Assembly: GCA_963756875.1 (NCBI GenBank)
Contig: CAVWPA010000003.1
Span: 1,184,001-1,248,000 of the forward strand
Origin: an uncultured Verrucomicrobiae bacterium
GTDB taxonomy: Bacteria; Verrucomicrobiota; Verrucomicrobiia; Chthoniobacterales; UBA10450
Length of the DNA stretch: 64,000 bases
Direction: 5' to 3'
The position numbers and the translations under genes were made by a program. Positions 1 through 10,133 of the stretch are shown here, in pieces; positions within the stretch are counted from its first letter, which is position 1, and each line of letters begins with the position of its first letter. The notes under the pieces are model-generated. The model did no database searches, was not told where the DNA came from, and saw nothing but the letters and a program-made list of their open reading frames with translations.

Positions 1-1
1 G

Positions 2-205
2 GGGATTCGCTCCTGCGAAGACATCGGCCACATGGTTTTTAATTTGATCGACGCCGGAATTTTCGGAAAGACCGACCAGGACTCCATTGAGGACTTCAAA
101 AACGTCTACGACTTTGAGGAGGCGTTTGTAAAACCGTTCTCTCCGGAAAAGCCTTCGGCGCCAAGACTTTCGACTCCGGGCCTCCCGGTGCCGAAGTTGT
201 TGTAA
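2..205 (+). CDS. 3' part of a conserved Planctomycetes/Verrucomicrobia-restricted protein (Minf_1886-like), truncated by the window edge
   Basis: My translation of frame 2 is GIRSCEDIGHMVFNLIDAGIFGKTDQDSIEDFKNVYDFEEAF...KLL*, with TAA at 203-205. The EDxGxxVFNL...GKTxxDSxxDF...YDF pattern is recalled from this family. Confidence 0.65.
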   Translation, partial: GIRSCEDIGHMVFNLIDAGIFGKTDQDSIEDFKNVYDFEEAFVKPFSPEKPSAPRLSTPGLPVPKLL

Positions 206-210
206 CCGGC

Positions 211-2895
211 GTGGCCCTGCTACGTCATTGGAAACGATGCTCGCGAAAGCGGATTGTGCATCGCGTGCAGGTAGCGGGATTTTTTTCTGCGATAATATTA
301 AGCATGGCTAATTTGAATGCGGCGCCGGCGGATCGCTCGGCAACCATCACCTTTCCACCGAGCACGGCGCAGAAATGGGTTTTGCCCGATGGCCTGACTC
401 TCATCGTACAGGAAGACCACAGCGCTCCGGTGGCCAGTGTGCAGGCCTGGTGCGCCACCGGTAGCATTGAGGAGGATCAATGGCTGGGCGCCGGCCTGTC
501 GCACATCCTGGAACACATGCTTTTCAAGGGGACCAAAACGCAACAGGGCAACGAGATCGCGCAAAAGATCCAGGACGTAGGCGGTTACATCAATGCATAT
601 ACATCGTTCGATCGAACCGTTTTTTGGATCGATGTGCCGAAAGAAGGTGTGCAGACCGCGCTCGCGGTTCTATCCGACGCGATGATGAATTCCACTTTAC
701 CGTCGGACGAGTACTCGAAAGAGCAGGAGGTGATTCGGCGCGAGTTCGCCATGGGCTTCGATAATCCCGATCGCATGGCGTCAGAGCTCCTTTTTGCAAC
801 CGCGTATCAGCGGCATCCATATCGGCTCCCGGTGATTGGGCAGATGGAAATTTATAATCAGCTGACGCAGCAGCAGGTGATGCAGTATTACAAAACGCGC
901 TACGTGCCGAACAATCTCACGTTTGTCGTGGTGGGAGATGTCGACGCCAAGAAAGTGCATCAGCAGCTGACCGATTACTTCAAGGCGTATCCGGAGAAGG
1001 CGCTGCAGCCGGTTTTCATTCCCGGGGAACCGCCCCAACTCGGGCGGCGCGAAGCGCACAAGGAGTTCGCCACCGAGCTAACGCGACTGATGCTCGCCTG
1101 GCATATTCCGGAGATAACAAATCCGGATGTTCCTGCTCTCGATCTGCTTTCGACGATTCTGGGTGACGGGCGCAGTTCGCGTCTGTATCGCAAAGTGCGT
1201 GAGGAAACCGGGCTGGCCTTTTCTGTTTCCGCATTTTCTTATACGCCAGGCGATCCCGGTCTGCTTGGCATTGAAGCCACGGTCGATCCCAAGAAACGCG
1301 ATCCTGCCGAACAATTGATTCTGCAAATCGTCGAGAATGTAAAGCAGGCGGGCGTAACGGCGGACGAACTGACGAAGGCAAAAAAAATATCCCTGAGTCA
1401 TCAGTTCGAGGCGCTCACGACGATGCGCGGCCAGGCTTCCGATCTCGGTTCCAATTGGCTGCTGACGCGAAACTTGAACTTCAGTCGCGACTATCTCACG
1501 GCGCTCCAGAAAGTGACGCTGGATGATATCCATCGTGTTGCGTCCAAATACCTGGTCGATCGAAATCTCACTGTCGTTACGCTGGATCCGAAAGGTTCGC
1601 TTGCCGGCAAGACGGAGGCGGCAAAACCGGCGAAAGCGGCCGAAGTTCAAAAATTCGAGCTCTCAAACGGTCTGCGCATTCTGGTGCGCGAGGATGGGCG
1701 CCTGCCCCTTGTTTCGATGGCCGCCGTGTTCCGTGGAGGACTGCTTGCTGAGACGCCTCAAACCAACGGAATCACGCGTTTGATGGCGAAGACGCTCCTG
1801 AAAGGGACGAAAACTCGCACAGCGGAACAAATCGCCGATCAAATCGAAGCCGTGGGTGGTTTCATCTCGAGTGACGGCGGCAACAACAGCTTTAACATTT
1901 CGCTGCATGTTACGAAGCCGGATTTGAAACTGGGCGCAGACATTCTGTCGGACGTTTTGCTTAACGCCACCATGCCGGAGAAGGCGGTGGCCCGCGAAAA
2001 AGAGGTGCAAATCGCCGGAATTAAAGAAGAAGACGAGCAAATGACGACGGTCGCCCGCAACATCCTGCGTCAGGCGCTCTTCGATCATCATCCTTATGCT
2101 CTGCGCGCCAGTGGTTCGGTCGATTCAGTGCAGCACTTGACCCAAAAAGATCTGCTTGCGTTTCGCAATCGTTACCTGGTCGCGAAAAACGGCGTGATCG
2201 CTGTTTTCGGAGACGTGAGTGCGGCGGAAGTAAAACAACTTTTCGAAAAAACGCTCGGCACAATGAAGCCGGGTGCGCTTGCCTTGACGGAGGCCCCCGC
2301 GCCGGCGCCATTGAAAAAAGTGACTGCTGTGGAGAGCACAAGACAAAAAGCGCAGGGAGTCGTGATGGTCGGCTATCGCGGAGTGGACGTGTACAGCAAG
2401 GACCGGTACCCGCTGGAGTTAATTGACGAAGCGAGCAGCGATCTGGGGTCGCGTTTTTTCATCCGGATCCGGGAGAAAATGGGACTGGCCTATTACGTTG
2501 GCGCGAGCCAGATGGAGGGGTTAGTGCCCGGTCTTTTCGCATTTTATCTCGGGACCGATCCGAAGAAGATCGAGCCGGTGAAAGCGGCGCTTCTCGATGA
2601 GATTCATAAACTGGCCGGCGAAGGGCTGACGGGCGAAGAGCTGACCCGGGCGAAGAAGAAATTGATCGGCCAGCAGGAGATCGCGAATCAAAGCAACGAC
2701 AGTTTTGGATTTCAGTGCGCGATCGACGAGCTTTATGGGCTCGGGTTCGACCATTACAAATCGACCGAGCGCGAGGTAAATGCAGTGACGCTTGATGAAA
2801 TCAAACGCGTGGCCGGGAAATATTTTCTCGATCGACCATACGTTTTGGCAACAGTGCGGCCCCCGGATCGCTCTGCGGCCGCGAAGCGGAGGTAA
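211..2895 (+). CDS. M16 family zinc metallopeptidase (insulinase/PqqL-like, fused two-unit form)
   Basis: Inverted zinc motif HILEH, NAYTSFD and a second M16 half lacking the motif. The start is uncertain; ATG at 304 is plausible. Confidence 0.92.
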   Translation: MALLRHWKRCSRKRIVHRVQVAGFFSAIILSMANLNAAPADRSATITFPPSTAQKWVLPDGLTLIVQEDHSAPVASVQAWCATGSIEEDQWLGAGLSHILEHMLFKGTKTQQGNEIAQKIQDVGGYINAYTSFDRTVFWIDVPKEGVQTALAVLSDAMMNSTLPSDEYSKEQEVIRREFAMGFDNPDRMASELLFATAYQRHPYRLPVIGQMEIYNQLTQQQVMQYYKTRYVPNNLTFVVVGDVDAKKVHQQLTDYFKAYPEKALQPVFIPGEPPQLGRREAHKEFATELTRLMLAWHIPEITNPDVPALDLLSTILGDGRSSRLYRKVREETGLAFSVSAFSYTPGDPGLLGIEATVDPKKRDPAEQLILQIVENVKQAGVTADELTKAKKISLSHQFEALTTMRGQASDLGSNWLLTRNLNFSRDYLTALQKVTLDDIHRVASKYLVDRNLTVVTLDPKGSLAGKTEAAKPAKAAEVQKFELSNGLRILVREDGRLPLVSMAAVFRGGLLAETPQTNGITRLMAKTLLKGTKTRTAEQIADQIEAVGGFISSDGGNNSFNISLHVTKPDLKLGADILSDVLLNATMPEKAVAREKEVQIAGIKEEDEQMTTVARNILRQALFDHHPYALRASGSVDSVQHLTQKDLLAFRNRYLVAKNGVIAVFGDVSAAEVKQLFEKTLGTMKPGALALTEAPAPAPLKKVTAVESTRQKAQGVVMVGYRGVDVYSKDRYPLELIDEASSDLGSRFFIRIREKMGLAYYVGASQMEGLVPGLFAFYLGTDPKKIEPVKAALLDEIHKLAGEGLTGEELTRAKKKLIGQQEIANQSNDSFGFQCAIDELYGLGFDHYKSTEREVNAVTLDEIKRVAGKYFLDRPYVLATVRPPDRSAAAKRR

Positions 2896-2898
2896 ACT

Positions 2899-3321
2899 AT
2901 GGCGGAAATCCAAACGAACACGATGGGTCAGACGGCGCAGCGCTTCATTGAGTTTGTCATGATGCATGCGCAGAACGCGGCGCTTTTTCTCGGGCAAATT
3001 CCCAATCCCAAGACAGGTGAGGGAGAAGTGAATCTCGAGCTGGCGAAAATGTTCATCGACCAGCTCGCCATGATTCAGGAAAAAACGCGCGGGAATTTGA
3101 CGAACGAAGAATCGACGGTGTTGCGGAACGCGATCTCGAACCTGCAAATGGTATACGTGGAGGTGTCGCGGAAGGCGCCGCAAGGCACAGCGCCATCGGC
3201 TGCGCCTGCGAGCGAGCAGCCTGCACCGGAATCGTCTGAGCCGTCATCTTCCCCGTCGCCTCCAGGCGCGTCGACTGAATCGGAGTCGAAAAAGAAGTTC
3301 ACGAAGAGCTACGGACCGTAG
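2899..3321 (+). CDS. DUF1844 domain-containing protein
   Basis: LGQIPNP...NLELAKMFIDQLAMIQEKTRGNL pattern followed by a Pro/Ser-rich tail. Confidence 0.8.
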   Translation: MAEIQTNTMGQTAQRFIEFVMMHAQNAALFLGQIPNPKTGEGEVNLELAKMFIDQLAMIQEKTRGNLTNEESTVLRNAISNLQMVYVEVSRKAPQGTAPSAAPASEQPAPESSEPSSSPSPPGASTESESKKKFTKSYGP

Positions 3322-3324
3322 GTA

Positions 3325-3381
3325 GTGGCATCGGCTTCCAGCCGATATTTTAGAACGTGATCGGCAGGATGCCGACGCCAC
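3325..3381. repeat. GTGG-type REP-like inverted doublet
   Basis: GTGGCATCGGCTTCCAGCCGAT...ATCGGCAGGATGCCGACGCCAC; each half is a hairpin and the halves are inverted. Confidence 0.75.
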
Positions 3382-3478
3382 AATCGCCGTGGCGCTTCGA
3401 GGAAAGCGAGCCGACGATTGTCAAAGGCCAGGACCTTGATGTTCCAACTTTCCTGAGGAAGAGCGACCAAACGCTAGC

Positions 3479-4474
3479 CTAGCGGTGGCTGCGCGACGAG
3501 CGTTTCGCTTTGGTGCTTTTGCGCACGGTGATGGTTCCTTCGCGCGCCTCGGGCGTGGGCGACGCATTGGGATATTTTTTCGTGCTCGGCCAGATCAACC
3601 GCCACGGCTGCGTTTTGATCGTATTGGAAAATTCCGCAATGTTTCGGCCGACCGGCTCCAGGTTGCGCATGGTTGTCTTCAATTTTTCGGATGAATCCCG
3701 AAAGTTTTGCAGTGTGACTTTCAGGTTGTCGTTTTCGGTAAGACTGTTGGTGATCTTTTCGAGATTGGTGAGTGAATGCGAGAGGGAGCCATCCGGAGCG
3801 GTAAGACCGTTGAGGTGTTCGCCGAAAGTTTTGAATTCGGCGAGCGCCTGGTTGAGTTCGGAATTTTCGTCCGTGATGCGGCTAAGATTTTGCGCGGTAG
3901 CCTCCAGCTCTTTCATGGTGGAAGTGGCCTCGGCTGCGACCGGTTTGATCACCTCCAGCATTTGAGCGGCCGCTTCGCTGAAATCCGGCGTGCGTTCGCC
4001 CGAGAATATTTCGCCATCCCGGGCGCGGCCAGAGTTTTCAGTGCCTTGCGTAATGTCGATGGCCATCTCGCCGAGCAGACCGAGTTGCATCAGCCGGACA
4101 TGAGCGTCGCGGTAAACTTGTGCGCTTTTGTTCACCTTTACATCAATGCGAACTTCGTATTTTGGCCCGGCCTCCAGCGGGGTAGGGGTTGCGTTTGCCG
4201 GCGGCGGGCGCAGGGCGGCGGCAGCTTCTTCCGCGCGCCGCTCTTCTTCCCGTGAAACGGGCGAATGCAAACTTTGCACCTGGCCGATCTTTCGTCCGGC
4301 CAGCATGACCGGCGCGCCCAGCTTGATTCCGGCCGCGTTGTCGAAATAAAGCTTATAGGTAACCAGCGGCCGAAAAAGGCCGGGTGCCCCGAGCAGGACC
4401 AGGGCGGCGGTGATCACCGCCGCCGAGCCGATGACCAGCAGCCCGGTTAAAACTTCATTTCTTCGCAATTGCAT
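3479..4474 (-). CDS. mlaD: MCE/MlaD family lipid-transport substrate-binding protein
   Basis: N-terminal TM helix, FDNAAGIKLGAPVMLAGRKIGQV and GLLGE MCE motifs, then a helical region. Confidence 0.85.
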   Translation of the reverse strand: MQLRRNEVLTGLLVIGSAAVITAALVLLGAPGLFRPLVTYKLYFDNAAGIKLGAPVMLAGRKIGQVQSLHSPVSREEERRAEEAAAALRPPPANATPTPLEAGPKYEVRIDVKVNKSAQVYRDAHVRLMQLGLLGEMAIDITQGTENSGRARDGEIFSGERTPDFSEAAAQMLEVIKPVAAEATSTMKELEATAQNLSRITDENSELNQALAEFKTFGEHLNGLTAPDGSLSHSLTNLEKITNSLTENDNLKVTLQNFRDSSEKLKTTMRNLEPVGRNIAEFSNTIKTQPWRLIWPSTKKYPNASPTPEAREGTITVRKSTKAKRSSRSHR

Positions 4475-5246
4475 CTTGGCTGTCTTCCAGAATGGGGCCT
4501 TCCGTGCTTCCGCTCAAGAACTGAGCAACAACGGGATTTCTTGACTGTTTGAATTGTTCCGGCGGCCCGTCCTCGATGATCCTGCCCTGATAGAGCATGG
4601 CCATTCGCGTGGCGACTCGGAAAGCGCTGCCCATTTCATGCGTGACGATAATGGATGTGACCTTGGATTTCTCGGTGAGATTAATGATCAACTCATCAAT
4701 CACGGATGCAATCACCGGATCGAGGCCAGCCGAGGGTTCGTCAAAAAGAATGGCTTCCGGTTCCATGACCAGCGCCCGGGCCAGGCTCACGCGCTTTCTC
4801 ATGCCGCCACTGAGTTGCGATGGCATCATCTCCCTGGAATCTTGCATGCCGACGAGCTCGAGTTTTTCATTTACAATTCGATCGATCTCCCGGCGCGGTT
4901 TGGTGGTGAGCTCTTCCAGCGGAAGCGCGACATTGTCGCGGACGTTTCGTGAACTGAGCAGCGCCGAGTATTGATAAACCATTCCGATACTTCTGCGCAC
5001 TTGTTGCAATTTGCGTCGCCGCAGCCGTGTGATCTCAAATTGTTTGAAAAAAACCGAACCCTCGGTGGGTCGCAAAATTCCCAGGACAAGGCGCAAGATG
5101 GTGCTCTTGCCACTGCCGCTTTGACCCATGATGACGAGGCGGTCCTGAGGTTCGACAGCGAGAGAAAGTCCGTCGAGCACTTTTTTTCCCTCGAACTGCA
5201 TTCGTACATCACGGAGTTCGATCACAGCTGAGTTCCGCGCGCTCAT
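4455..5246 (-). CDS. mlaF: ABC transporter ATP-binding protein (MlaF/Mkl type)
   Basis: Walker A GQSGSGKS, LSGGMRKR and DEPSAGLDP. The start at 5246 forms an ATGA overlap with the mlaE stop. Confidence 0.88.
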   Translation of the reverse strand: MSARNSAVIELRDVRMQFEGKKVLDGLSLAVEPQDRLVIMGQSGSGKSTILRLVLGILRPTEGSVFFKQFEITRLRRRKLQQVRRSIGMVYQYSALLSSRNVRDNVALPLEELTTKPRREIDRIVNEKLELVGMQDSREMMPSQLSGGMRKRVSLARALVMEPEAILFDEPSAGLDPVIASVIDELIINLTEKSKVTSIIVTHEMGSAFRVATRMAMLYQGRIIEDGPPEQFKQSRNPVVAQFLSGSTEGPILEDSQDAIAKK

Positions 5247-6082
5247 GTTGGGAAAAACACGACGTAAACAATGTTGTAGAGCGTATCGACGCCGATCACG
5301 GTGGTAATCGCGGTGACGACGCTTGAGGTGGTCGCCTTTCCGACACCGGCTGCTCCGCCGGTAACGGTCAGACCGCGATAGCACGCGATCGCGGCAATAA
5401 GCAGGCCGAACATAAAGCTCTTAAAAACTCCCGTGATGATGTCGCGGATGAGCAAAGCGTCGCGGACGAGATCGATAAAATAGACGAAGGCGATGCCGAA
5501 ATAGGCCCGACAAATCAAGCTGCTGGCAAAAATAGCGGCAATATTCGCAATCGTGGAAAGGCAGGGCATCAGCAAAAACAGGGCGAGCATGCGCGGCGCG
5601 ACCAGAAACCGCAGCGGCCCTATGCCCATCGCCTCGATCGCTTCCACTTCTTCGGACACCTGCATTGTGCCCAGCTCGGCGGTGAACGCCGCGCCAATGC
5701 GCGCGGCCAGCATAATGCCCGTGATGAGCGGTCCCAGCTCGCGAGTGAAACTGATGGCCACCAGACCAGGGACCAGACGCTCCGTTCCAAAACGCTCCAG
5801 CTGGTAACCAGTTAACAGCGCCATGGTCAGACCAAGAAAGAACGAGACCAGCCCGACAAGCGGCACCGAATCGACGCCGGCCCTTGCGGTATGCCCGAAA
5901 AAACTGGAGGCGCGAAACGGAACCCGTCTCTGGCGCAGCCGCTCGATCGTTTCCTCGAAAGTGTGAACGATGAACCAAAACACGCCGCCCACCCCGCGCA
6001 AAAAGTTCGTGCTGATCTCGCCGACGTCCTGCACGATGTCGACCGGATTCCCCGGGGCGGTCTCCTTTTGGTTCTTTGGCAT
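5243..6082 (-). CDS. mlaE: MlaE family ABC permease
   Basis: RELGPLITGIMLAARIGAAFTAELGTMQVSEEVEA and GGAAGVGKATTSSVV signature motifs. Confidence 0.9.
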   Translation of the reverse strand: MPKNQKETAPGNPVDIVQDVGEISTNFLRGVGGVFWFIVHTFEETIERLRQRRVPFRASSFFGHTARAGVDSVPLVGLVSFFLGLTMALLTGYQLERFGTERLVPGLVAISFTRELGPLITGIMLAARIGAAFTAELGTMQVSEEVEAIEAMGIGPLRFLVAPRMLALFLLMPCLSTIANIAAIFASSLICRAYFGIAFVYFIDLVRDALLIRDIITGVFKSFMFGLLIAAIACYRGLTVTGGAAGVGKATTSSVVTAITTVIGVDTLYNIVYVVFFPT

Positions 6083-6139
6083 GCCGATGCTGAAGTTGCC
6101 TTACTTCATGACGCGTAAAAGAACAAAATGGGCCGCTCT

Positions 6140-6982
6140 TCAGGATCGCGTTGCAAAGATAGTGCTAAACCCGTTCGGATCGTGGGTATCCACCCAGGAA
6201 TCGACCGAATGGCGCGCGAGAGCCCGCAGTTCCCCATGTCCAGGATAGGCCAGGTTGAATTGTCGATCCAGGAACCAATCAAGAAGCTCGGTTTTGCCAC
6301 GCCCCGCGCACGCCTGGGCTGTAGGATTGAATTCGCAAAATATTGTGAGCTGTCTGGAAGCGGAAATGGTTTGTTCCAGTCCCGCTAGAACGTTCAACTC
6401 CCAGCCTTCTACGTCGATCTTCAGGATGTCGATCCGGCGGACATCGATCTTTTTCATGAAATTGTCACCGGCGACGAGTTCGGAAACCGCCGAATTTAAT
6501 CGCCCGCTTCCCTGATAAAAGACGTGCGTCGCCGGATACTCTTTTGCAAATGAGCCAACCGAGTGATCGTGGCCGGCAAAAAAAAGCGGGAGGCGGTCAT
6601 CGCTTGATGAGAGAGCGACATTGTAGAGGGAGACCTGGCGGAAACCGGAGACGTTCTTTTCGAGTAATGGAAAGATGATCGAATTGGGCTCGAACGCGCA
6701 AACTCTTCCCCGAGCGCCGGTCGAGCGGGCAAAAAATCGTGTCAAATACCCGACATTAGCGCCGACGTCGATGATCGTTTGGCCGGGCCGAAGAAAGCGG
6801 CGCATTAAATTGGTTTCCGCGACTTCGTAACGTCCGGTCAACATCTTGATCCGGTTTGGCAGATAACCGCCGCGAGCCGTTCGAAATCCTGCGACCCGCT
6901 CCACCGGGGAAAGTGCTGCTTCTAGAAAAGCTTTGGCCACATGATGGCCTGCGCGGCGCAGAGCAGAGTGCATTTCGCCCAA
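6140..6982 (-). CDS. FkbM family SAM-dependent methyltransferase
   Basis: IDVGANVGY, AFEPN and LKIDVEGWE motifs. Confidence 0.9.
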   Translation of the reverse strand: MGEMHSALRRAGHHVAKAFLEAALSPVERVAGFRTARGGYLPNRIKMLTGRYEVAETNLMRRFLRPGQTIIDVGANVGYLTRFFARSTGARGRVCAFEPNSIIFPLLEKNVSGFRQVSLYNVALSSSDDRLPLFFAGHDHSVGSFAKEYPATHVFYQGSGRLNSAVSELVAGDNFMKKIDVRRIDILKIDVEGWELNVLAGLEQTISASRQLTIFCEFNPTAQACAGRGKTELLDWFLDRQFNLAYPGHGELRALARHSVDSWVDTHDPNGFSTIFATRS

Positions 6983-6983
6983 A

Positions 6984-8156
6984 TTATAAGCTTTCTAGAA
7001 ATTCCCGCAGCAACGCAATGTCGACAATCATGTCTTCGTTTTCAGGCGGGCGAAATGAGGCTTCGTCCATCTGGATGCGCGGCCTGGCTTCGACAAACCG
7101 ATATCGCAACTGCGCGGAGGTCGCGAGCTGAAGGTAGAAATCGCGGTAGCCCGATTTCGTGCCGATTTCCGCAACCAGCGCCCCGGGTTGAGAGAAGGCG
7201 ATGTTGGCCAGGGCCGCGCCGTGCGGGGCGAGAACGACTTCAGCGCTGGAAAACATGGCAACCTGTTCGTCCCACGATTTTGATTCGAGCTCGACAATTG
7301 TAAAATTCGCGCCGACCAACAGCTTCTCTAATTCGGACTCGTTGATCACCCGGCGAACGGCTGCGCGTTGTCGTGAGATATACAAGCGGCGCGCCGAACT
7401 CTTCGCGCGCGGCTGCGATTCGCCCAGAATTCGCAGCATATCGATCTTCCATGGGGCGATTACTTTTGAGAAATGGTCCATCGACGGAATCATTGCCTCC
7501 TTGATCAGAAAACGGTCGCCAGCGCCGACGTACATGATTTTTTCCTGTGGGAGCTCTAACGCGCGCAGCGACGCCCCTTCGTAATGAGCATGCGATCCGT
7601 TGATCAGGAAACGATCGAAAGATCCAAATCTTTCCTCGGCGGATTTGAGCAGACCGAGGCGCGGAACGAGATCGATCAACCAATGGTAATAATTTCCGGG
7701 AGCCTCTGGTGTGACGGCGATGGCGGTTCGTCCATCCAGTGTGCGGGCTTCCGGCAAACGCAATTGAGAGAAGATCGGATGATTTTCAACGCCCCAGACT
7801 TCGGGTGAAAGATCGCCGAGAAGCCGATTATCGTTCGTGACGATCGATCCGCCGTAGCGCGCCCAGAAATCGATGTCCGTAAAATGGAACAGCCAGGCCG
7901 GCTCGGAAACATTTGGCCCGGCAACGCCATGATCAGAAGCAAACGGATAGGACGGGCGTGCGACCGGCATGGCGGGATGGATCTCCGCCGCGCTGCAAAG
8001 CGACGAACCGGCATAATCTCGCGTCGAACGTTGAATGATCGGCGGCTGCCGGTTCAGCGCTACGAGATATCGCCTGATCTTTCTCATGGGAAGAACGAGG
8101 CGCTTCAGCGGACGGAGCCGCCATTTTTGGCGTCGAATAAAATTTCTTAGCTGCAT
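6984..8156 (-). CDS. Glycosyltransferase family 61 (DUF563) protein
   Basis: NYYHWLID, LYISR...RRVINE and APHGAALAN motifs. Confidence 0.87.
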   Translation of the reverse strand: MQLRNFIRRQKWRLRPLKRLVLPMRKIRRYLVALNRQPPIIQRSTRDYAGSSLCSAAEIHPAMPVARPSYPFASDHGVAGPNVSEPAWLFHFTDIDFWARYGGSIVTNDNRLLGDLSPEVWGVENHPIFSQLRLPEARTLDGRTAIAVTPEAPGNYYHWLIDLVPRLGLLKSAEERFGSFDRFLINGSHAHYEGASLRALELPQEKIMYVGAGDRFLIKEAMIPSMDHFSKVIAPWKIDMLRILGESQPRAKSSARRLYISRQRAAVRRVINESELEKLLVGANFTIVELESKSWDEQVAMFSSAEVVLAPHGAALANIAFSQPGALVAEIGTKSGYRDFYLQLATSAQLRYRFVEARPRIQMDEASFRPPENEDMIVDIALLREFLESL

Positions 8157-8209
8157 TCCTTTTCCGAAAACGCTAAAGGAGAGAGTAGCTCATCGCCGTG
8201 CGGCCGCGC

Positions 8210-9256
8210 ATGAAAATATACCGAATGCTTTTTCTGGTTTGCACACTGCTCGTGTCCGCTGCATTAGCTGATGCGCAAGGGCAGGGCAAGGTCGAGAAGC
8301 CAACTATTCCGATGAAAGAGCACAAATTCGTTTTGGTAATCCACGGCGGCGCCGGAACAATGGAGCGTGGTAAAATGACGCTGGAACGCGAGCGCGAATA
8401 TCGCGCGGGGCTGGAACGCGCTCTCCACGGCGGTTACGATGTCCTGAAGAGCGGCGGCTCCAGCCTGGATGCGACCGAAGCAGCCGTGCGCGCTCTCGAA
8501 GACGATCCCCATTTCAACGCAGGCAGGGGCGCCATCTTTACAAATGCCGGAACCAACGAGCTCGACGCCGCGATTATGGATGGGCGCACATTGAAAGCTG
8601 GAGCGGTCGCAGCATTGAAGCACATCAGGAACCCGATCAGTCTGGCACGGCTCGTCATGGAAAAATCGCCGCATGTCATGATGGCCTGCGACGGGGCGGA
8701 AGCGTTCGCCAAAAAGAACGGAATGGAGCTGGTCGACCAAAAATATTTTTTCACCCAGGAACGCTGGGATGCGCTGCAGAAAATAAAAGCTGCCGAAAAG
8801 AGCCATAAAGTTGGCGACAGGAAGTCCGGCATTACCGATCAAGATCTGCACGGAACGGTCGGCGCGGTCGCGCTCGACCAGGCTGGAAATCTGGCCGCGG
8901 CGACATCGACTGGAGGAACCACGAACAAACTTGCCGGACGTATCGGAGATTCGCCAATTATTGGCGCGGGAACCTATGCAAATAACGCCACCTGCGCCGT
9001 CTCGGCAACGGGTGATGGAGAATACTTTATTCGAGCGACAGTCGCGCACGACATTTCGGCATTGATGGAATATCGCAAAATGAAATTGCAAGACGCCGCC
9101 CAGACCGTTCTCGATAAAGTGGCGAAACTGGGAGGGACCGGTGGATTGATTGCGGTCGATAAAGAAGGCGACATCGCTTTGCCATTCAACACCTCCGGGA
9201 TGTACCGCGGACATGTCGATTCGAATGGCGAATTTGTCGTCGATATTTACAAATAA
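8210..9256 (+). CDS. iaaA: Isoaspartyl peptidase/L-asparaginase (Ntn hydrolase) with signal peptide
   Basis: IHGGAG, autocleavage site HG|TVGAVA, ATSTGG and GRIGDSP. The N-terminus is hydrophobic. Confidence 0.9.
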   Translation: MKIYRMLFLVCTLLVSAALADAQGQGKVEKPTIPMKEHKFVLVIHGGAGTMERGKMTLEREREYRAGLERALHGGYDVLKSGGSSLDATEAAVRALEDDPHFNAGRGAIFTNAGTNELDAAIMDGRTLKAGAVAALKHIRNPISLARLVMEKSPHVMMACDGAEAFAKKNGMELVDQKYFFTQERWDALQKIKAAEKSHKVGDRKSGITDQDLHGTVGAVALDQAGNLAAATSTGGTTNKLAGRIGDSPIIGAGTYANNATCAVSATGDGEYFIRATVAHDISALMEYRKMKLQDAAQTVLDKVAKLGGTGGLIAVDKEGDIALPFNTSGMYRGHVDSNGEFVVDIYK

Positions 9257-9259
9257 GGT

Positions 9260-9321
9260 TGTAGAGACCGCTGTCTCAGCGGCAATCTTCGCATCTGCCG
9301 CCGGGGACGGCGGCCGCTACA
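9260..9321. repeat. GTAG-type REP-like inverted doublet
   Basis: TGTAGAGACCGCTGTCTCAGCGGC...GCCGCCGGGGACGGCGGCCGCTACA. Confidence 0.75.
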
Positions 9322-9325
9322 AAAT

Positions 9326-10039
9326 ATGCTGCCCGCGTTTTCGGTTGTTATTCCCTGTTTTAACGAAGCTGCGCGCATCGGCCAAACCGTACGCGCCACG
9401 CTCGATTATCTTCTGCATGTCAGTCCCGAAAGCGAACTGATCGTCGTGAACGATGGCTCGACTGACGCAACGTCGACGATCGCCCGGGAATATTTGGCCG
9501 GCGCAAAAATAACAGCGCGACTTCTCGAAAATTTTCCGAACCGCGGGAAAGGTGCGGCCGTCCGAAAAGGTTTGCTCGATGCGCACAAACCGATCGGCTT
9601 GTTTTTCGATGCCGATCTTTCGACGCCGCTCGAGGAAACGCCGAAACTGGTCGAGCCGATCGCGCACGGCGATGTGGATGTGGCTTTCGGGTCGCGCGCG
9701 CTTGATCGAAGTTTAATCGGTCACCGGCAACCGTGGCGGCGGGAGCAGGCAGGTCGCGTTTTCAATTTACTGGTTCGCCTCGCAACGGGCATGCCGTTTT
9801 GGGACACGCAATGCGGCTTCAAGGCATTCCGGCTCGATGTTTGCCGTCCTGTTCTGCAGGCGGCGCGACTGGATGGTTTCGCCTTTGACGTCGAGCTGCT
9901 CTTTCTGGCAAAGCGCGCGGGGTTGCGCCTGCGCGAAATCCCTGTCCGCTGGAACCACGCTGAAGGAAGCAAGGTGCACTTTCTCCGCGACAGCCTGGGC
10001 ATGCTCCGCGAAGTCGTCGCCCTGCGTGCGCGGCTGTAG
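9326..10039 (+). CDS. GT2 polyprenyl/dolichyl-phosphate beta-glucosyltransferase-like protein
   Basis: VVIPCFNE, VNDGSTD, NRGKGAAV, FFDADLS, DTQCGFK and FAFDVE motifs. Confidence 0.88.
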   Translation: MLPAFSVVIPCFNEAARIGQTVRATLDYLLHVSPESELIVVNDGSTDATSTIAREYLAGAKITARLLENFPNRGKGAAVRKGLLDAHKPIGLFFDADLSTPLEETPKLVEPIAHGDVDVAFGSRALDRSLIGHRQPWRREQAGRVFNLLVRLATGMPFWDTQCGFKAFRLDVCRPVLQAARLDGFAFDVELLFLAKRAGLRLREIPVRWNHAEGSKVHFLRDSLGMLREVVALRARL

Positions 10040-10058
10040 CGGCGGTCTATGACCGCCG
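10035..10058 (+). repeat. GTAG-type REP half-element overlapping the GT2 stop codon
   Basis: TGTAGCGGCGGTCTATGACCGCCG is the exact reverse complement of the right half of the 24990-25063 doublet. Confidence 0.75.
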
Positions 10059-10133
10059 AAAAATTAGCAGTACAGCAAAGCGGCGCGCTGACCGACTATC
10101 CGATCTGGCGCGCCTGCTTGAATGACTCAGTTG

